Of a stretch of DNA of 64,000 nucleotides, positions 48,054-62,439 are shown piece by piece. The stretch's first letter is position 1; each line of letters starts with the position of its first letter. The position numbers were made by a program, and so were the translations under genes. The notes under the pieces are model-generated. The model saw only the letters and a list, made by a program, of their open reading frames with translations. It did not search any database and was not told the DNA's origin. The DNA comes from Phyllosticta citribraziliensis (Eukaryota). The DNA lies in NCBI RefSeq assembly GCF_038025025.1, contig NW_027117340.1, positions 1,054,001 to 1,118,000 on the forward strand, given 5' to 3'.

Positions 48054-48725
48054 GATGGCTGGGGATTTTTTGGGGTGTGGAGGGAGGTTGAGGAGGTGAG
48101 GAAGAAGGGATTCCGGCGCGGCTACGAACTTTTGTGCTTGCGCGAAACGAAATTTTGCCTGTCTTAGCTAAGGCGATCGCGGGCCGGCTCTTATCCCTGC
48201 CACGGCACTGGACCTCAGCGCCTGCAAAGCTTTGTTTACCGCCCCCGGCCACCTCAAAACCTTTCACGTGCACCCTCGCTGCTATTGAGCTTCGTCTCCG
48301 GGCCTTCGGATTTTTCAATCACTATTCATTGTCCTATCGAAGCTGTCTGCTCCTACATGTACCCTACCACTGCGAATTGGTGCGTCGTTGCACCCACCGC
48401 AATGCCATCTACCCCGCCCAGCAACCGGCCCTTTCTTTGCCCACCGTTGCCACCTTACCCTCCACCCTTTTACATGCCCTCTCAACTCGCGTTTAACTCG
48501 AAATCATCGACGGGGAAAGCCAAGTAGAAATTTGTTGGACGAGGAAACGCAACCAAGACAAAAACACCGCCGCTATGGACCCAGCCCCAGAACGCCAGGC
48601 TGCTTTCACGACTGACTACCACTTTCAACGCTGGTGGGCGCGCAAGGAAAATTAACGCCCCTCAGCCCACAACCATGTCTTTTTGGGGGGATCGACTAAA
48701 CAATTTTTTTTCCATGAATCCCTCC

Positions 48726-51700
48726 TCACTGCTCGGTTGCCTTCGGCTTTCCCAGCTTCAACTTCAGCTTAAACCCGCCTGCCTTTTCGCCCGTCGGCGT
48801 ACCCACTGGTGGGCTGCTTGCTGGCGGACTCATGGCCGAAGGCGTTGTGCCAGGCGTTCCCCCCTGACCTGACGTGTGGTTTGTAGGCCGGGGCAAATGA
48901 GATGGAGGTATGGAAACACTCATCGGCCGCGCGCTACCTTCTTTCCTCCCTTCCTTTGCCTCGTTATGGGCCCTGGGAATCTTTGGCGGACGAGGATTTG
49001 GGTCTTGATGTAATTTGTGCGTCTTGTGCTCCTTGGATTTGGGTACCTTGTGCGAGTTCGACATATGTGGCTTGGGCCCGATCGTGGGTTTTGGTCGAGG
49101 CGGACGCGAGATTATGTGTGCAAGTTTGGATGGCGGAACCCTGAGCTTCAATATTTTACTCGGAGCCTTTTTCCTTTGCCTCTCCTCGGGCGGCGGCATA
49201 GAGGAAGGAGTCGATGCTCTGGAACCGCTAGGAGTAGGGCCTCTAATGAGAGGCATTGACGGCTTGGCAAAAGATGAGGGCGGTCTTTGAGGCGGCTGCG
49301 GAGTTGGCGGTTTGACCATCGGACTTGAGTGAGAAGAGCTCGATTTGATGCCAATGTTCGACGGCCTCGATGAAGGAACAGACGTCGATGACTTGAAATT
49401 TGAGCTGCCGGCCGGTCTGACAGGTGGTGCAGAGGGAGTCGCAGCGGGTGACGGGACGCTGATCGACTTTGGTTTGTTCGAGTTCGCAAGATTGATCTTG
49501 AGCGAAACAGAGCTGTTGGTCTTGTGGAGGTGTGGTGGAGCAACCTGGTGGCGCTTGTTGGGCTCATCGGAGACCGAAGGCCTTTTGCGCTTTTCCGCAA
49601 GTTTTTGTGCAAGGATGGGCGCCTGCTCTTCCTTGATTTTGCTGAGAGGTTTGGTGCGCCTATGAGAATTGCGGAAGAAGCGCATCTTGGCCTTGCCGAG
49701 ATGTTGCGCGCTCCAATAGAATGGATATGTCATCTGGACGAGCAGAGATGCTTTCGGCTCGTATATCAGGGAGCAGATCTCGAGCAACTGCCCCCACTCT
49801 CTCAATCCCACGCGAGGAGACTTGAGAGCCAGAAGAAGTTGCTCCTGGAGCACCTTGTTGTCCGAAAGCTCCATCTTTAAAGCCTTCTTGGCACCTTCGA
49901 GTGTCTGCGTCCTCTCAATCATCGCCGCTCTCGATTCGGTAGACGCTTCTTGTTCAATGACTAGGCCGCCGACTTCAGCTGATGACGACTCTTCCTTGTG
50001 CTTGACACCAATTGCAATACGCCCGAGACCGCGACCGACAATGTAGTGGAGCTGCTCCCGGAAGTACGGCGAACGATCGTACGCCAGAAGGAAGATGATG
50101 AGGCGAAGTATGCCCCCTTGTTCAAGCATGTTTGAATCGACGAGACACTGCAAAGCCTTTAGACGAACGAGATCCGAGGCCATCGGGTTCGTGTAGTGCA
50201 GGAACTCGAGTATTCCTCCCTTGACTACTCCCGTTTGAGTGAGTATCCGGTGACATTCGAGAGCTGTGACGGTTATGATGTTGTGGTATGAAGGTATCCA
50301 CTCGTCAAGGCGACAGTGGCGCTTGATCTCATCGAGGGCATCCTTTTGAAACTCGAGATCGTCTTGCTCGTCGTCGTCAAAATCGAAGGTAATGGTATTC
50401 GTGTCCTGATAGGTTAACTGCTCCGCAAGACAAGCAAGGAGTGTTGCAACATAGTGGCCATCCGAAAACTGTTTCTTATGTCAGTAGTTCAAACGAATCA
50501 GAGAATCGGTCAACATACAGCATTGTGTGAATTGTCGTTGAACTTAAGCTTGTCGAGAATCCACCTCTTGGCTCTCATCAGACCCCTTCCATTTGGCTCA
50601 CGCACTTTGGCAATGGCCCTTGGGATAGCACATTGCACAAGATATTGGTTGCGGTCAGAAAAGTCGTTGGAGCGGACCATTGCTGAGCCTGGAAGACAAA
50701 ACATATCTTGAAAGGCCTTTTCGAGATGAGTCAGGCCGATCCAGTTGAGGTCGACGTCCTCAGCGCGGGCCTTGGCACAGTTCGCGAGTGCCTCAGCAGC
50801 CAAGGTGCGAATGCCATGGAAGTATCGACGATCCATAAGTGTCCTTGCAAAGACTGTCGAGAGCAACTTGGTCGGCTTCTGTTGCGAGAGATACTGCAAA
50901 GCTTCGGCCTGTGCCACCACATCGGGATCCTGCTGAAGTTGTGCGACCCACATCCAGACTGGCTGGCTGAATGTGATTTTGCCGATCCACTCAAAGTCGG
51001 CATCAACCCGGATCCACTCAAATTGCTCAGTGCTCATGATTTCTTCCTCGTCTTTGGACCATTCCTCAAACCCCCATTCTTGGATATCTTGGTCGGAGTC
51101 CAAGACGTCGCCCAAACAGTAAAGAGGTATTTCGTCAGGAATCTCGCCATCGCCGTTGAGATCGATTCCGGCAGCAGCAGCGGCTCTCTCTTTCTGTCTG
51201 CGGTTGCGCTTCAAGCGAGTGTACTTGGTGTTGTAGGTCGCGTCGAATCTCGTCGTCACATCGTTGATGGGGACGATATGATCGTATGGAGTCCCGTCTG
51301 CTTCGTGAACCGTAAAGGTCATTGACCCAGTGAAAAGCCGATTGGCCTTCTTCATGGACAGGCCAGAGTTGCGCTCTTTAATGTCCTTCATAAAAGCGGC
51401 AGGGTCCAGATCACGCCCAGTCTCACCCAAATCACTACGCTCACCCTGAGTCTGCCGAATGGCAAGTTCGATAACCGACTTCTTCTTGTTGAACCGTTGA
51501 GTGACATAGAAGTGCGGACAGCCAGCTCCATAAACCCACTGTTTCCAAAAGTCCGGGATGGGCTTGCTCTCCAGGTACTTGTCGACGATTCCTGTAAAGT
51601 CCTCGGTGGAAATCAAGCCATTTGTGAGCTTCCCAGTCTTGGCATAGAGAAGGACCTTGTAAATGACTTTGGTTATGCCCAGCTTGGCCATCCTCTTAAT

Positions 51701-53397
51701 CTTCTGATTCAAGATAAACATGACCAAAGGTGCCTTCATCTCCATGAATTCTATTTCCGATGGATGCAGCGCCAAGTAGTCTCCGAGGACTTGGAGAGAC
51801 GGGCGATTGACGTCCAGTTCCACGACGCGGTCGGCCATTTGCTTCATCCGGAGCCGGTGCTCGTTGCGGCCGCACAGCAGCTCCATGAAGTCGTCGGTCA
51901 TGAAATGGGATAGGGCGTAAATCACCCACCAGTCCTGAGGACTCTTGGGCAAGACATTGACTCCGATCCATTGGCTGGCCAAAGCGTGGACGAGCTTGTG
52001 CGTGACCGGGAGGATAGGATCCAGCACATCCTCGGGGTAGAGCAGAGAGTTGCGACAGAGTGTGACCGAAGCGCCATGCGCAAAGTCCTGAGGCAGGTCA
52101 TCGACGAAGACCAGTTTGTAGCTTGTAAACGGGTATGAAATGTAGGTCTTGCTGAAATGATCGGTAGCCTAGAAAGAATTAGCACGGTGCCGTATCCATT
52201 GGACTCGAGGGTCTTGCCTTTGGAAGTGGCATGCACGTGTTCCTAACCTCGTCGCCCCTTCCGGGCAAGCAGAAGCCGTGGACACGGATTGCCGCTTGGC
52301 CCATCATTTCGTCATCGTCGCTCTCTCGAAGGTCTGACAAGTCGACGTGCTCGAAAGGGCCAACGGCGAGAGAGACGTGCTGAGCCGCGACGGCACTTTC
52401 ACATTTGAAAGTTACGGTCTTGTGCGAAGGATCCTTGGGGTCGACGATCTGGGTGACCGTCAGAATTGTTCTTCAAATTATTAGCACATCTACCTACATC
52501 ATCGGTCAAGTCACCAGAGCAAATGACGGAAATTTCCAAAGCCTTGTCTTCTTCCGTGAGGCCACTGCAGTCGAGGGCGCCGTCAGACACGTGGACATCG
52601 GTATCGGCAGATGCGCTTTTGGCAAGGCCATTTGTGAGCGTCCCGTTGGGCAAATGACCGTTGACGCCATTCTTGGTCGGCTCGCGAGCCTTCCGGAAGA
52701 TGTCCCCAACTGTCCTTGGGCTTTTGACTGAAATGTCCCACGGGCAACGCGTAGTGCCATCATCTATACAAGGGAACAAGCAGGATGCCGTGCCGGGAAA
52801 CTGAGAGTTTCGCGTGTACACGTGCGGGTATCTTGGGTCGTTGTCTTCAACTCCAACGAAGTGTAGACCGTCCCGGAAGTGCTTGATCTCATAGCGTATG
52901 ACGACTCTTAGCGGCGCAAAGACCACGCCTCCATCATCCGCCGATCTCAGTGCCGTTGTGTTGTTCAACAATCCTCCAAACCCGTCTCCAGAAAATGGGT
53001 CCTGCTCTTTTATTCGCACTCCACGCGGTATGTGCACGACAAGGTCGTCGTCGGCGACTCCGTCGAGATCTTCCTCCACTTTTCGGCGCAAAGCAGCATG
53101 ATGAAAGACCGTACTCTTCGATGACAAGTAGATGTGGGAGTGAGGATCGTCGTGCTCCCAGTGGGTGTCCTTCTCGTTCACGGTAATGCGAAGGATACGG
53201 GCTTGCCGACAATTGAAGCGAAGATGATCCAGGTCCCGAGAAAGCGGTTGCACGTTGATGAGTGCTTCGCCACGCACAGAGCGTCGCAGAAAGTCGATGT
53301 CCAGGTCAACCTTGACGCTGTCGACAGAGAAGCCATGACCGGGCGCCGAAGCGTCAGCGGCCGCGGCCGAGGAGGGATTTTCGAATGGACCAGGCAT
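48726..53397 (-). CDS. TAF2: TFIID subunit Taf2 (M1 aminopeptidase-like fold)
   Basis: Introns 52449-52497, 52169-52217 (GC-AG) and 50469-50518. Motifs FPCIDDG, LVHALASQWIG, TVHEADGTPYDH, EWIRVDADFEWIG, QLQQDPDVVAQ and MDRRYFHGIR. Confidence 0.95.
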
Positions 53398-54220
53398 GAT
53401 GCCGTCGCAGGATTTAACCCGTGATCCAAAGCACAAACGTTGCCCTACTCATCGCCGGATCGGGTTCGCAAGCGGAGTCAGAGGTGGTGTCGTGAAAGTC
53501 GCGAGATTCCAAGGCGCGCTCGTGGTCGGCGGGCGCAGGCGCAACGAGCACGACAGTCACTCGGGGGCGGCGATATGCGGGCGAGTCTGCCGTGAGCGCG
53601 CCGTTGGAGCTGGAGAGGGCGTTGGTGGGGGAGAAGCGGGTCGGGTTGTGTGGATGGGTTTGTCGCAACTTGGAGACTGTTGCCGTTCACCTCACCTGCA
53701 CCCACCGCCCGCCGGGCTGCTGTGACGCGGCGGGAAGTTGCTGTACCGAAGAATTGCCGTCTTGGCACCAAATCCTCCACCGGGCACACGACGCTCGGGC
53801 GCTAAGAGCAACTCAATTGAAAAGGTGAGTTGACTCTGCGGTGGGGGGAAACAGAGTCGGTGGAGGAGACGGTGTATGCCAGTGTGCTGTGCTACTCGAT
53901 TCAGCTGTGAGAGCCCATCCAATCCCGAATCAACGGAGCTTTCAAGTCGACTGCCATGGAGATGCTCGAAGCTGTTTTCACAATGTTGAATCTTGATCCA
54001 GCAATTCAATAGCAATGGAACTACTATGCTAGCTATGTAGGTACAAAAGACCAGGCTACTGAAAGCAAGTTGAATCTTGATAGCCTATTAGGCACAGTGC
54101 CGCGGCTGCACTGCACCCATCGAACGCCGGGCCCCAGCCTTGATATCTTCCGCAGCAACCCCAATTGTTGTGAACGCCATGTCAATGAATGCCGATGCCA
54201 TGGATGGATTACGACCGTCG

Positions 54221-55896
54221 CTATTGTTTCGGTCTTTTTGTCTCCCGTTTCGTTTCCGCCTCTTCATCTCCTTGCGCTCGTCCCTTTTGTTGCGCTGGCC
54301 TCTCTTCCCGTTCAGACCTCCTCTTTCGTCGCTTCTCTCTTTCTAGGGCAGCAAGCGCTTCTGGTGTTATGAAGTCGTCCGGTAGACAGAATTCCTGCTC
54401 GGGCAATTCTGGTATGGGTTGGCCAAAAGCCGTGACATTCCGTCCGTGTCGCTGCTGTCCGAGGGCGGCAGCCCGTAAGTGTGGTTTCGAGTAGAAAGAT
54501 GTAAAGGGTTTTTCGGGTGACGGCTCTCGTAACCACCACTTGTAGACTGGCGTAGGCGGTGGCTTTGGTTTGCTGGCACTCGAACCGCTCGCAGAAATGG
54601 CCTCTTGTTGCAATTGCCGCGCTGCCCCAGCGTCTTCGTCACTGGAATCTGGTACTGCTTCGTCTTCGACGTCGTCTTCTTCCTCGCCTTTGGCATGTTG
54701 AGCCTGTTCCTTCTCAACTCTCAACCTCTTCTCTTCTTCCTTCCAGACTCGAAACTTGTCCACAAGTGCTCTGACCTCGGCGATGAAATAGTCGCGCTTT
54801 GGCTCGTACTCCTTCTTCTCCGAGTCTGTGATGCCAGTGATGCCCATGACTTTGAGCCAGTCGTGGCCAAGAAGCCCGTCCAGCAGCCGCTCTAGCTGCA
54901 CCTTTTCATGCATAGCCCTCTCCTTCTCTATGTTTCGGAGTTGCTTCTCTTTGCGCTCAGCGCGACGATGTGCCTTGAAAAAGACATCATCACCGAGGGG
55001 ATCGCTGGTTATGTGGTGAGGCGTGTGCCGGACTATTGTGGAAAAGTCAACGGACTGTATGCCGCTATTGACCTGAGCTACAGGCCTGTAGCCGTTGAGT
55101 GTCCGACGTTCGGTTGTGAGAGTATTGAGTAGCGAGGAACGGCGTTTTGCAGCCGGCGAATGATGCCTGACTTGGGTTGGTACAGTGTAGTTTTCGTTTA
55201 GTGGCTCATCTGTAATGTGGATTGGCGTGTCGACGTCGAGAAAATCTGTTCCTCGTCAGCCGCGGTGTTGACAGCATCCCTTGCTAAAAGCATACCTGGC
55301 TTCCTCTCTGTGCCCGCAATGACTTCGTCATAATTTGGAAAATATATTGCCAGATCGCTCTTTAATCGTGAGCCCCCATCATGGCTCCTCAATGATCGCT
55401 TGTCTTGGGATCGGGCGCTGGTGGGGCCAGGCGCAGAGTGACCGCGCTGGCCGTCGGGCCTTGGAGTGGCAATCGCCGATGGAATTGGATCGTGGGCGAC
55501 ATTGAGTGAGGATTGCACGCCGTTGGTCGTTTGTACCAGCCCACCATGGGGTTGTGTGACTGTGACTTCAGTCGGAGGTCTCGGGTGCTCAGAGTTGGCG
55601 ATCGGGGTGGCGCGCTTTCTTCGCGACGGGCCTTGACTGCTCGTCGCCGCGCGGGGGTCGAGTAACGGATTCAGCTTCGGGTCGTGGGATGACAGCGACG
55701 AATCGTCATCGGGCGGTGCGGTCGGGGTGCTGGCGGTTGATGATGGCGCGTTTTGGTGAGAAGCAGACGCGGCTGGCGCGGTGATGGAAGGGCGGTGGTG
55801 AGTCTCGTTTGACTTGTCGGTCGCGGTATTTTTAGGACCTCGACGTGTGAAGCGCCCACTTGAGGAGCGGTTCAATGGTCGCGAGGAGCTGACCAT
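54221..55896 (-). CDS. SAS4: SAS acetyltransferase complex subunit Sas4-like protein
   Basis: Intron 55246-55295. Motifs HRRAERKEKQLRNIEKERAMHEKVQLERLL, HDWLKVMGITG and PFTSFYSKPHLR. Confidence 0.8.
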
Positions 55897-56640
55897 TGTT
55901 CACTTGGCTCCCCAAGATCATCTTTTTGTTGCCTTTGTCTCGGGGAATCCGCGTGCTTGATGGGCGTTGTAGAAGCTTGCGAGCTCGGGCGTACCGCGAT
56001 CGTGTTAGGGGACCCTTCTGAGTTTGGTCGTGGCTGTAGGCGAAGGGAAAGCCTTCTGCGTGTCGCAAGGGCTAGCAGCGTCGTTCACTTTGTTCACTTG
56101 ACAGCAGCATGCACAATTACGCCAGGACGAGCCAAAACGGAGACATTGTTTGGCATCCAGTCTTGAGGCTGGTCTGCTGCTCGCGCTCGGAGCGCCTGGC
56201 CGAGGGGTTTGCTCTGCTACAAATGCTCCCGAGGCTCCCAACATTTGCCAACACCATAGAGTCCAAGTTACAGCGTCTCACGAGTAATTCTGGTCTACGA
56301 CGCAGGTTGGATGGTGTGTAATGTTCCTTCGAGCGATCCCTCGACCGCACCACTGACTAGATGTCTTGAGCGCCCAAGGCACTTGTATTCTTCACCACAG
56401 CGCAACTGCAATTTTTTGTTTTTTCGGGGTTTTAAAGTCACCTCTTCACTACCTTGTCTTCGATATTAGCCAGCTCGTTGGGAATCGAACTTGAACGCTT
56501 CGTTCTAGAAGCATTCCCAAACAATGACCATCCAACCAGGCCCACTTGCCTGTCGTTTATCAGAGCCTCCGACGATTACTGATAAGACATTATCTCCTTG
56601 TGAGCAGCGGCTATGCAAGAAGAACCAACGCGGCATGGCG

Positions 56641-57430
56641 CTATGAAAAAAGAAACTCCTTGAGAACAGGAGACGCCGAAAACTCTGGGTTCAACAAGAC
56701 ACAGCTGCGAGACATCAGGGGACTGGATTGCGATGCACGGTGCCAAGCGACTTACTTGAGAAAGTAAGACAGACCAGCTCTTCGCCTCTCCAGGAACCGT
56801 GGCCGGAATCTCGCTGTGCAGCGTTGGTGAGTTTGAGATGACTTTGAAACTGCTGGCTGGCATTTTGCCTTACAAACGAAGCTTTTGGGCGGGAGCTCGG
56901 GCAGAGCAGCCTCGGCATGGGGGAACGTCCGCGCCAGACGTTGCCGTAAATCGTCAAACTCGGAATAGCTACATTGTGCATTCAGGCTATGAGTGGGAGC
57001 CGCATCTGACAGGTCCGGGACGGCATCGGGCGTACCGTTTTCTTATCTTCATAGGACCGCCCTGTCGCGAGATCAGCATCTCGAAAGGACCATCATGGGC
57101 TTTCACGCGACGTACGTTCAGCGTCTGGACAGTGCAATTCCAAACGACGTAGTCGCCCATGCCCGGCACGTTGCCGCTGACAATGACGTAGTCGTCAATG
57201 GAGACGGACCGTGCCCACAGGGCTCTACTCTGGTCAGAGTTTTCGACAGTGTGGTCCTCGAGACGGATCGGATCAGGCCGGTGGTGCTCAGAGGAAGCAT
57301 GACTTGCTACCGAAGCGGTTCGGCCACGGCTGTGCCAGTACGGCGGAACTACGTCTTGGGGTTGGGCGGCGTCCGGGGTCGAGGTCGAGCCATGGCCGTT
57401 AGGCGTTGAGTGGCCAAGAGTGTCATCCAT
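56641..57430 (-). CDS. YPT35: Small PX-domain protein (Ypt35-like)
   Basis: Exons 57430-57116, 57061-57036, 56968-56874, 56813-56756 and 56704-56641. They give GGPMKIRKRYSEFDDLR, LPELPPKS and FLERRRAGLSYFLNCVLLNPEF. Confidence 0.8.
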
Positions 57431-58465
57431 CCATCTACTCCTCCAGAGGACCAGGGGAAGGATGTCAAACAGAGGCGAACGACAGGCAAGGGGTTGTGAG
57501 AAGTCCGGGGCGGGCGACAGGGCAGCGGTGGAAGTCAAAGCACCTCGCATGGGGAAAAAGAAGGGAGTGCGGTGGAAACCAAGACACACAGGCACACGTG
57601 ATGCGCCATGTTGACCGAACTGGAATTGGATGGGTTGTTGTACATGGACTTGCCGATGACTTGCAGCGGCCGGCCTAGTGGAGTAGGCTTTATGCTTATT
57701 CCCCTCTCAGCACCATTAAGGTCATGTAAGTTGCGGACCCGTCCGTCTCACCCAGGCCGAATCCCAGTGCGCCGTCGCCTCGACAAGACCCGACAACAAA
57801 GACTCCAGACTGTCGGTGGATGCTTTGGGACACATGCGCTTCCTAGGTTCCCCATTACGAGCAGTGCGTGACACTCTCAAGGCCGCCCCCTGGTCCCTTT
57901 CGACTGGATCCAATGGAGCACGGATGAGGGGTTAACCCTGGCCGGCCTGCATCGGCCCATGGCGAACACGATAGATGGCCGTGGTGTTGATATCAGCCGC
58001 ATAGCTTCAACGCCACCGACCCAGCTCGCCACCCCGCGATGGAACGAAGGCTGCTCCTAGTCGGATTGGAGCACATGACGACCAACGGTTCTGTTTTCTC
58101 TTGGGCAAATGCTGGCGTGTCGGAAGCGAGGAGGCTGGTGCTGGGGCGTCTGCTGGAGCTGGCGGAGACGCTCTGCCTAGCCGCATGCGCCAGACCGAAC
58201 ATCACTGTCCGCATCGTGTACTACCTCTATGGATCAGCAGCCGCATGGCCTGAAGAGCTCCATTGGGGCCCAGCCATTGGCCGTCGACCCCGGGCAACCA
58301 TCTCTGCCAAGGGCGCAGCATCCTGCCTGCGCCTGCCGACTGCCCGTCGACTCGACTTTTGATAAGACCAATGACATTGGTGGCATGAATCCTCTTCCCA
58401 ACCCAGGTCATCACTCACCTACCTCTTGGGCACTGGCCTGGGCTGACTCCTTCCCGTGCTAGATT

Positions 58466-58471
58466 TATAAA
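58466..58471 (+). promoter_or_regulatory. TATA box upstream of the GPI protein gene
   Basis: TATAAA followed by a pyrimidine-rich initiator-like tract and a 5' UTR intron 58556-58639. Confidence 0.55.
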
Positions 58472-58694
58472 CCCCTCTGTCCTTCCACCGCCGGTCCGCT
58501 CTTCTCCAACGGTCGTTCATCCTCTCGCTCAGCATCAAACGACCTCTCAACTAAGGTACGGTACCTGGCTTCCACCCTTTGCCTCCGCGCGCAAACATTC
58601 CTGCGCACAACATTCCTGGCAAACCCCATCAAAACCACGAGCTGACGCCTCGCCCTCAGGAACAAGAAAAAATAACGTCAACCGACTTGCCATC

Positions 58695-59400
58695 ATGCGT
58701 CTCTTCTCTACCATTGCTCTGGTCGCCGGCTGTGCCCGCCTCTCCTCTTCGCAGACCATTGATCCCGACACCGTCACCAGTGCGACCCGAGGTAGGACAC
58801 GCCCTATTCGCGTCTGGTCGCCGAGTTGGAAATTGACCCTTTTCAGACTACTGGTGCACGTCGCAAACCTCGCAGTGCCCTCTCATCTGCCTGCAGGTCT
58901 ACGAAAACTCGACAGGCTCCTCGGACCCTCAGAGCAACGACTGCGACCCGGTAAGCCCAGAGACATCCCTCGACGCACCCTGACCAGGGTCGACTGACAC
59001 TTTCAACTAGGACACCCTCGACTACTCATGCGTCTGCGCCAACGGTGCTTCGCCAAACGTGACCGAGTATAGCCAGACCATTCCCTACTTTGAGTGCACC
59101 GAGTACAACAACCAATGCGTGGCCAAATGCTCCTCTGGCAACAACCAGTGTGCCAGCAACTGCCGGACGCAGAACCCCTGCGGTGCGCAGAGCCCCAAGC
59201 GCTACAACGTCACCACCTCTACCTCCAGCTCGGCCGTCGCCAGCGCCACTGCGTCCTCAACTGGTGGCTCCAACTTCGGTAGCTTCGATTCCTCAGGAAG
59301 CGGAACAAGCGCTGGCGCATTGGCCGTCGAATTTGGCGCCAGCTATGGTTTGGCTGTCATTGTCGGTGGCTTGTTCGGAGGCATTGCTCTGATTCTCTGA
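58695..59400 (+). CDS. Secreted Cys-rich, Ser/Thr-linker, GPI-anchored cell-surface protein
   Basis: Signal peptide. Introns 58792-58846 and 58951-59010. Cys-rich domain (WCTSQTSQCPLIC, YSCVC, QTIPYFEC, NPCGAQSP), an S/T/G stalk and a hydrophobic C-terminus. Confidence 0.85.
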
Positions 59401-62400
59401 TGGCACAACTCCTCAGCTTCTTGATTCAAATCCGTGCGGCATTATATGGCAGGGCGTTACGGCACCAGGACATTCATTCCCAACTCTTTTCTCATTCCTC
59501 AGCATATGACGAGACTAAGGCATGGAGGCAATCTGTACGATAAAACGGGTCATTATCACGACTCTTACTTGCACCTAATTCCAAAAGGGGGAGCGACCAA
59601 ATGATTTTCCAAAACAATGATTTCGACGGAATGGGAAAAAGCGGCGGTATCTCGAGGTAATAGGACGATTCGACTAGGTACTTAGCATGCTGAATAGCTA
59701 CTAATTTGCCTGTCCCGAAAAACTCTCTCATTCTTTGCAATAGCGGGTTTGGTGTTTCACGTGGAAGGTAACGCTTCACTCCCTCCTTCCCTTCATACCA
59801 TGCCACATGTACTGAAAACTCTGCAGTCGTCTAACGCGCTCGTGTATCGACCATCAACCGCTCCAGCTCGCCTGCGGTCCGTTCCACAAAACCAATGGCA
59901 ATATACACCAAAAGCCGCCGCCGCACCATGCTCCATCACCACAGGGACGCCACGCCTTACGGCCGCTAAATGGACGCGACGCCATCCCTCCCGTCCGCTA
60001 ATCACAGGGTAGAAACCTCGAACGTCGACTCAAGATCCAATGGACAAACCAGACAACATACAACATGTGGAAAATGTTGCCGAGCCGTCCTCGTGCATCT
60101 GGACGTCGTGAGGTCGTCTCTTGGCTGCTTTTACGGGTACGCGCATGCAAATATGCAGTCAGGCGTATTTATAGCCTGCCTATCGCAGTGGTGGTACGAA
60201 CACCTCCATCGTCCTCGACTGTCTCCGGGACTCATCCACATGTCGGTCCATCCCGCGCCGTGTCTGTGGTTATGCATCGGGAGAAAGACCCGCAGCCTTT
60301 GGCTTCTTCTTCCTCTCTTCCTCTGCGCGTTCCACATGTCACACGAAGCTTACCCTGCATCGCCAAACCATAGGTAGGAGAAGTTAGCTGCCCCACTCCT
60401 CTACTGCAACCCGGTCGTCTTGAGCATCAACTAGTCGTCGTCTCGCTTCCTTCGGCCTTCGGTACCGGGTATCCGTGTACCATTTATCAGAAGCCGATAC
60501 GCTGACGAAGTCCCCTCTTTTGATGCCCCTCATGGTCGCTCTCTTCCCCTCTTTCCATGTCTTCCCCATTTTCTTCACGAGCAGTATTATGCGTAATGGA
60601 ACCGACCAATAAGTCTCGCGAAAACACATTGCTTTCCTTCTCTATTTCGAACCGAACTAAAACACCTCCACATCCACTGTTCCATCTTGCTTTTCCACCT
60701 GAATCTCTCGTTATTCCCTCCCATGCTCTTCTTCGCCTCGTTTCCTGGCTGACACCGAACCAAATCGCTCCATCACCCACACCACATACACACCGCGTCT
60801 TCCGTACTCGTACTCTTCCGTTCAGTGCACCGCAGGCAAAGCTGAACCAACAAGCCAGCCGGCCGACTGGCCACCCGATAGACAGGGTAGGTAGCAGCCC
60901 ATCTCTCCACACCCGACGCGACACCTACCCGAGAGCGAACAGGCCTGCCCTGCCGCATCGGGTTAGCGAGGTTCCCGGCTTTAATCGCCAAGCTTATCCG
61001 CCTGCGGGCTTGTGACTGTCAGGAGTGGGCAGATATGGTCTGCCCGCGCGCGCGAGCACGGCTGTGCTGCTCCCACCTCAATCGTGGTGGCAAACACAAG
61101 GACGTTTCCTTCCATCTCTTCATCCTCATTTGAAAACTTTATTTGTCCTCTATCTCTCCCTCTTGCCGTCGAGATCTACCCCAGCCCATCAATCGCGCCG
61201 ACGACGACTGGAGCCATGGCAGCAAGTGTCCAGGGTGCAGAGAAGATAGCCCAGTGCCTCAGCCCTCGGGTCTCATGATGGAGTGGGCGAGCGAGCGGAA
61301 GTGGGTAAGCGGGTGTGGGTCCAGGGTCCACGTCCCTCGCTTCTCTCGGATGCGGTGAGCCGGTGAGCACCGCCTGTTGAGCGTGGGTACGTATCTGTCC
61401 GCAGCTGCTCCGTCATGGGGAGCGTGCATGCGTGGTGTGCGCAGAGGCTCCCCCCCGAGGCGTGTTTGTGTGGAGTGGTGTACCTAGCCTTCCTGGACGT
61501 CTGGTATGAGCTTCGACTGTGAAATGGGAATTTTGAAGCTTTCTTCCATTGCAGTTTTCGGATACGTTCGCGAGTATGGACTCGAGAACGGACGGGACAG
61601 AGCTTGGATATCGATTCCGCTAATATGCATCTCTATCTCCCCGTCCATCTCTCAGCATCCAAGTCTCAAAGGTAAGTAACGTAAGTGCTGTAGGAACCAG
61701 GCGATGTGCTACCGTCCTGCCCTCCTCTTTTCCCCTCTCTGTTGTCGATTCTGCCAAATTCAAAAGGTCCCTTTCACTGCTCGGACACAATTGTGTAGGC
61801 AAGCAGCCTTGGACCCCCTGACGTGGTTCACGCCTACAGATCTGGTCTGGCTGTACCATGTTTTCAAAGCCTCACAGCCAATGAGACGGAGCATGTATCT
61901 CTCGATGCGTCAATCTTTGCTTTTCTTTTGTGCTGTCTCTTTCCCAGCATCTCGGCTCACCTGTGTCAGCAGCTAAAGCCATGAATGAAGAAGGCCAAGC
62001 AGAAATGGTGTACACTCTCTGGTTCTCCCTCGAGTTGACTTGGCTACCGACACTCATCTTTCGGATCGTCCTGCATCTGGAATTATTTCCGCATCTTTCA
62101 CCGTTGTCTTTTTACATGCAGCGCTTCAAGATTGGCGGTTGGCACGGAGAGATGACGACAGTCTCATCACTCAAGGAAACTGGTGCTGAGAACCCTCAAA
62201 GTCAATTAACGCCACCAAACGCCAGACTCATGCAACGGAGCCGTGGCTTGCAAAGCAGCGACGCCGTACTCCAGAACAATTCCCAAGGGGTATATTGCCA
62301 ACACCAAACAAAAATCACAAAGGTAAACCAAGAAACCAATGAAGAAGTGAAGGGAGAAACAGAAAAAGTACCTATTGCCCAGAGGCGACGGCCCAAAACC

Positions 62401-62439
62401 AACCAAAAAAAAACTCCTTTCCATCCCGTTCCACCTGGC

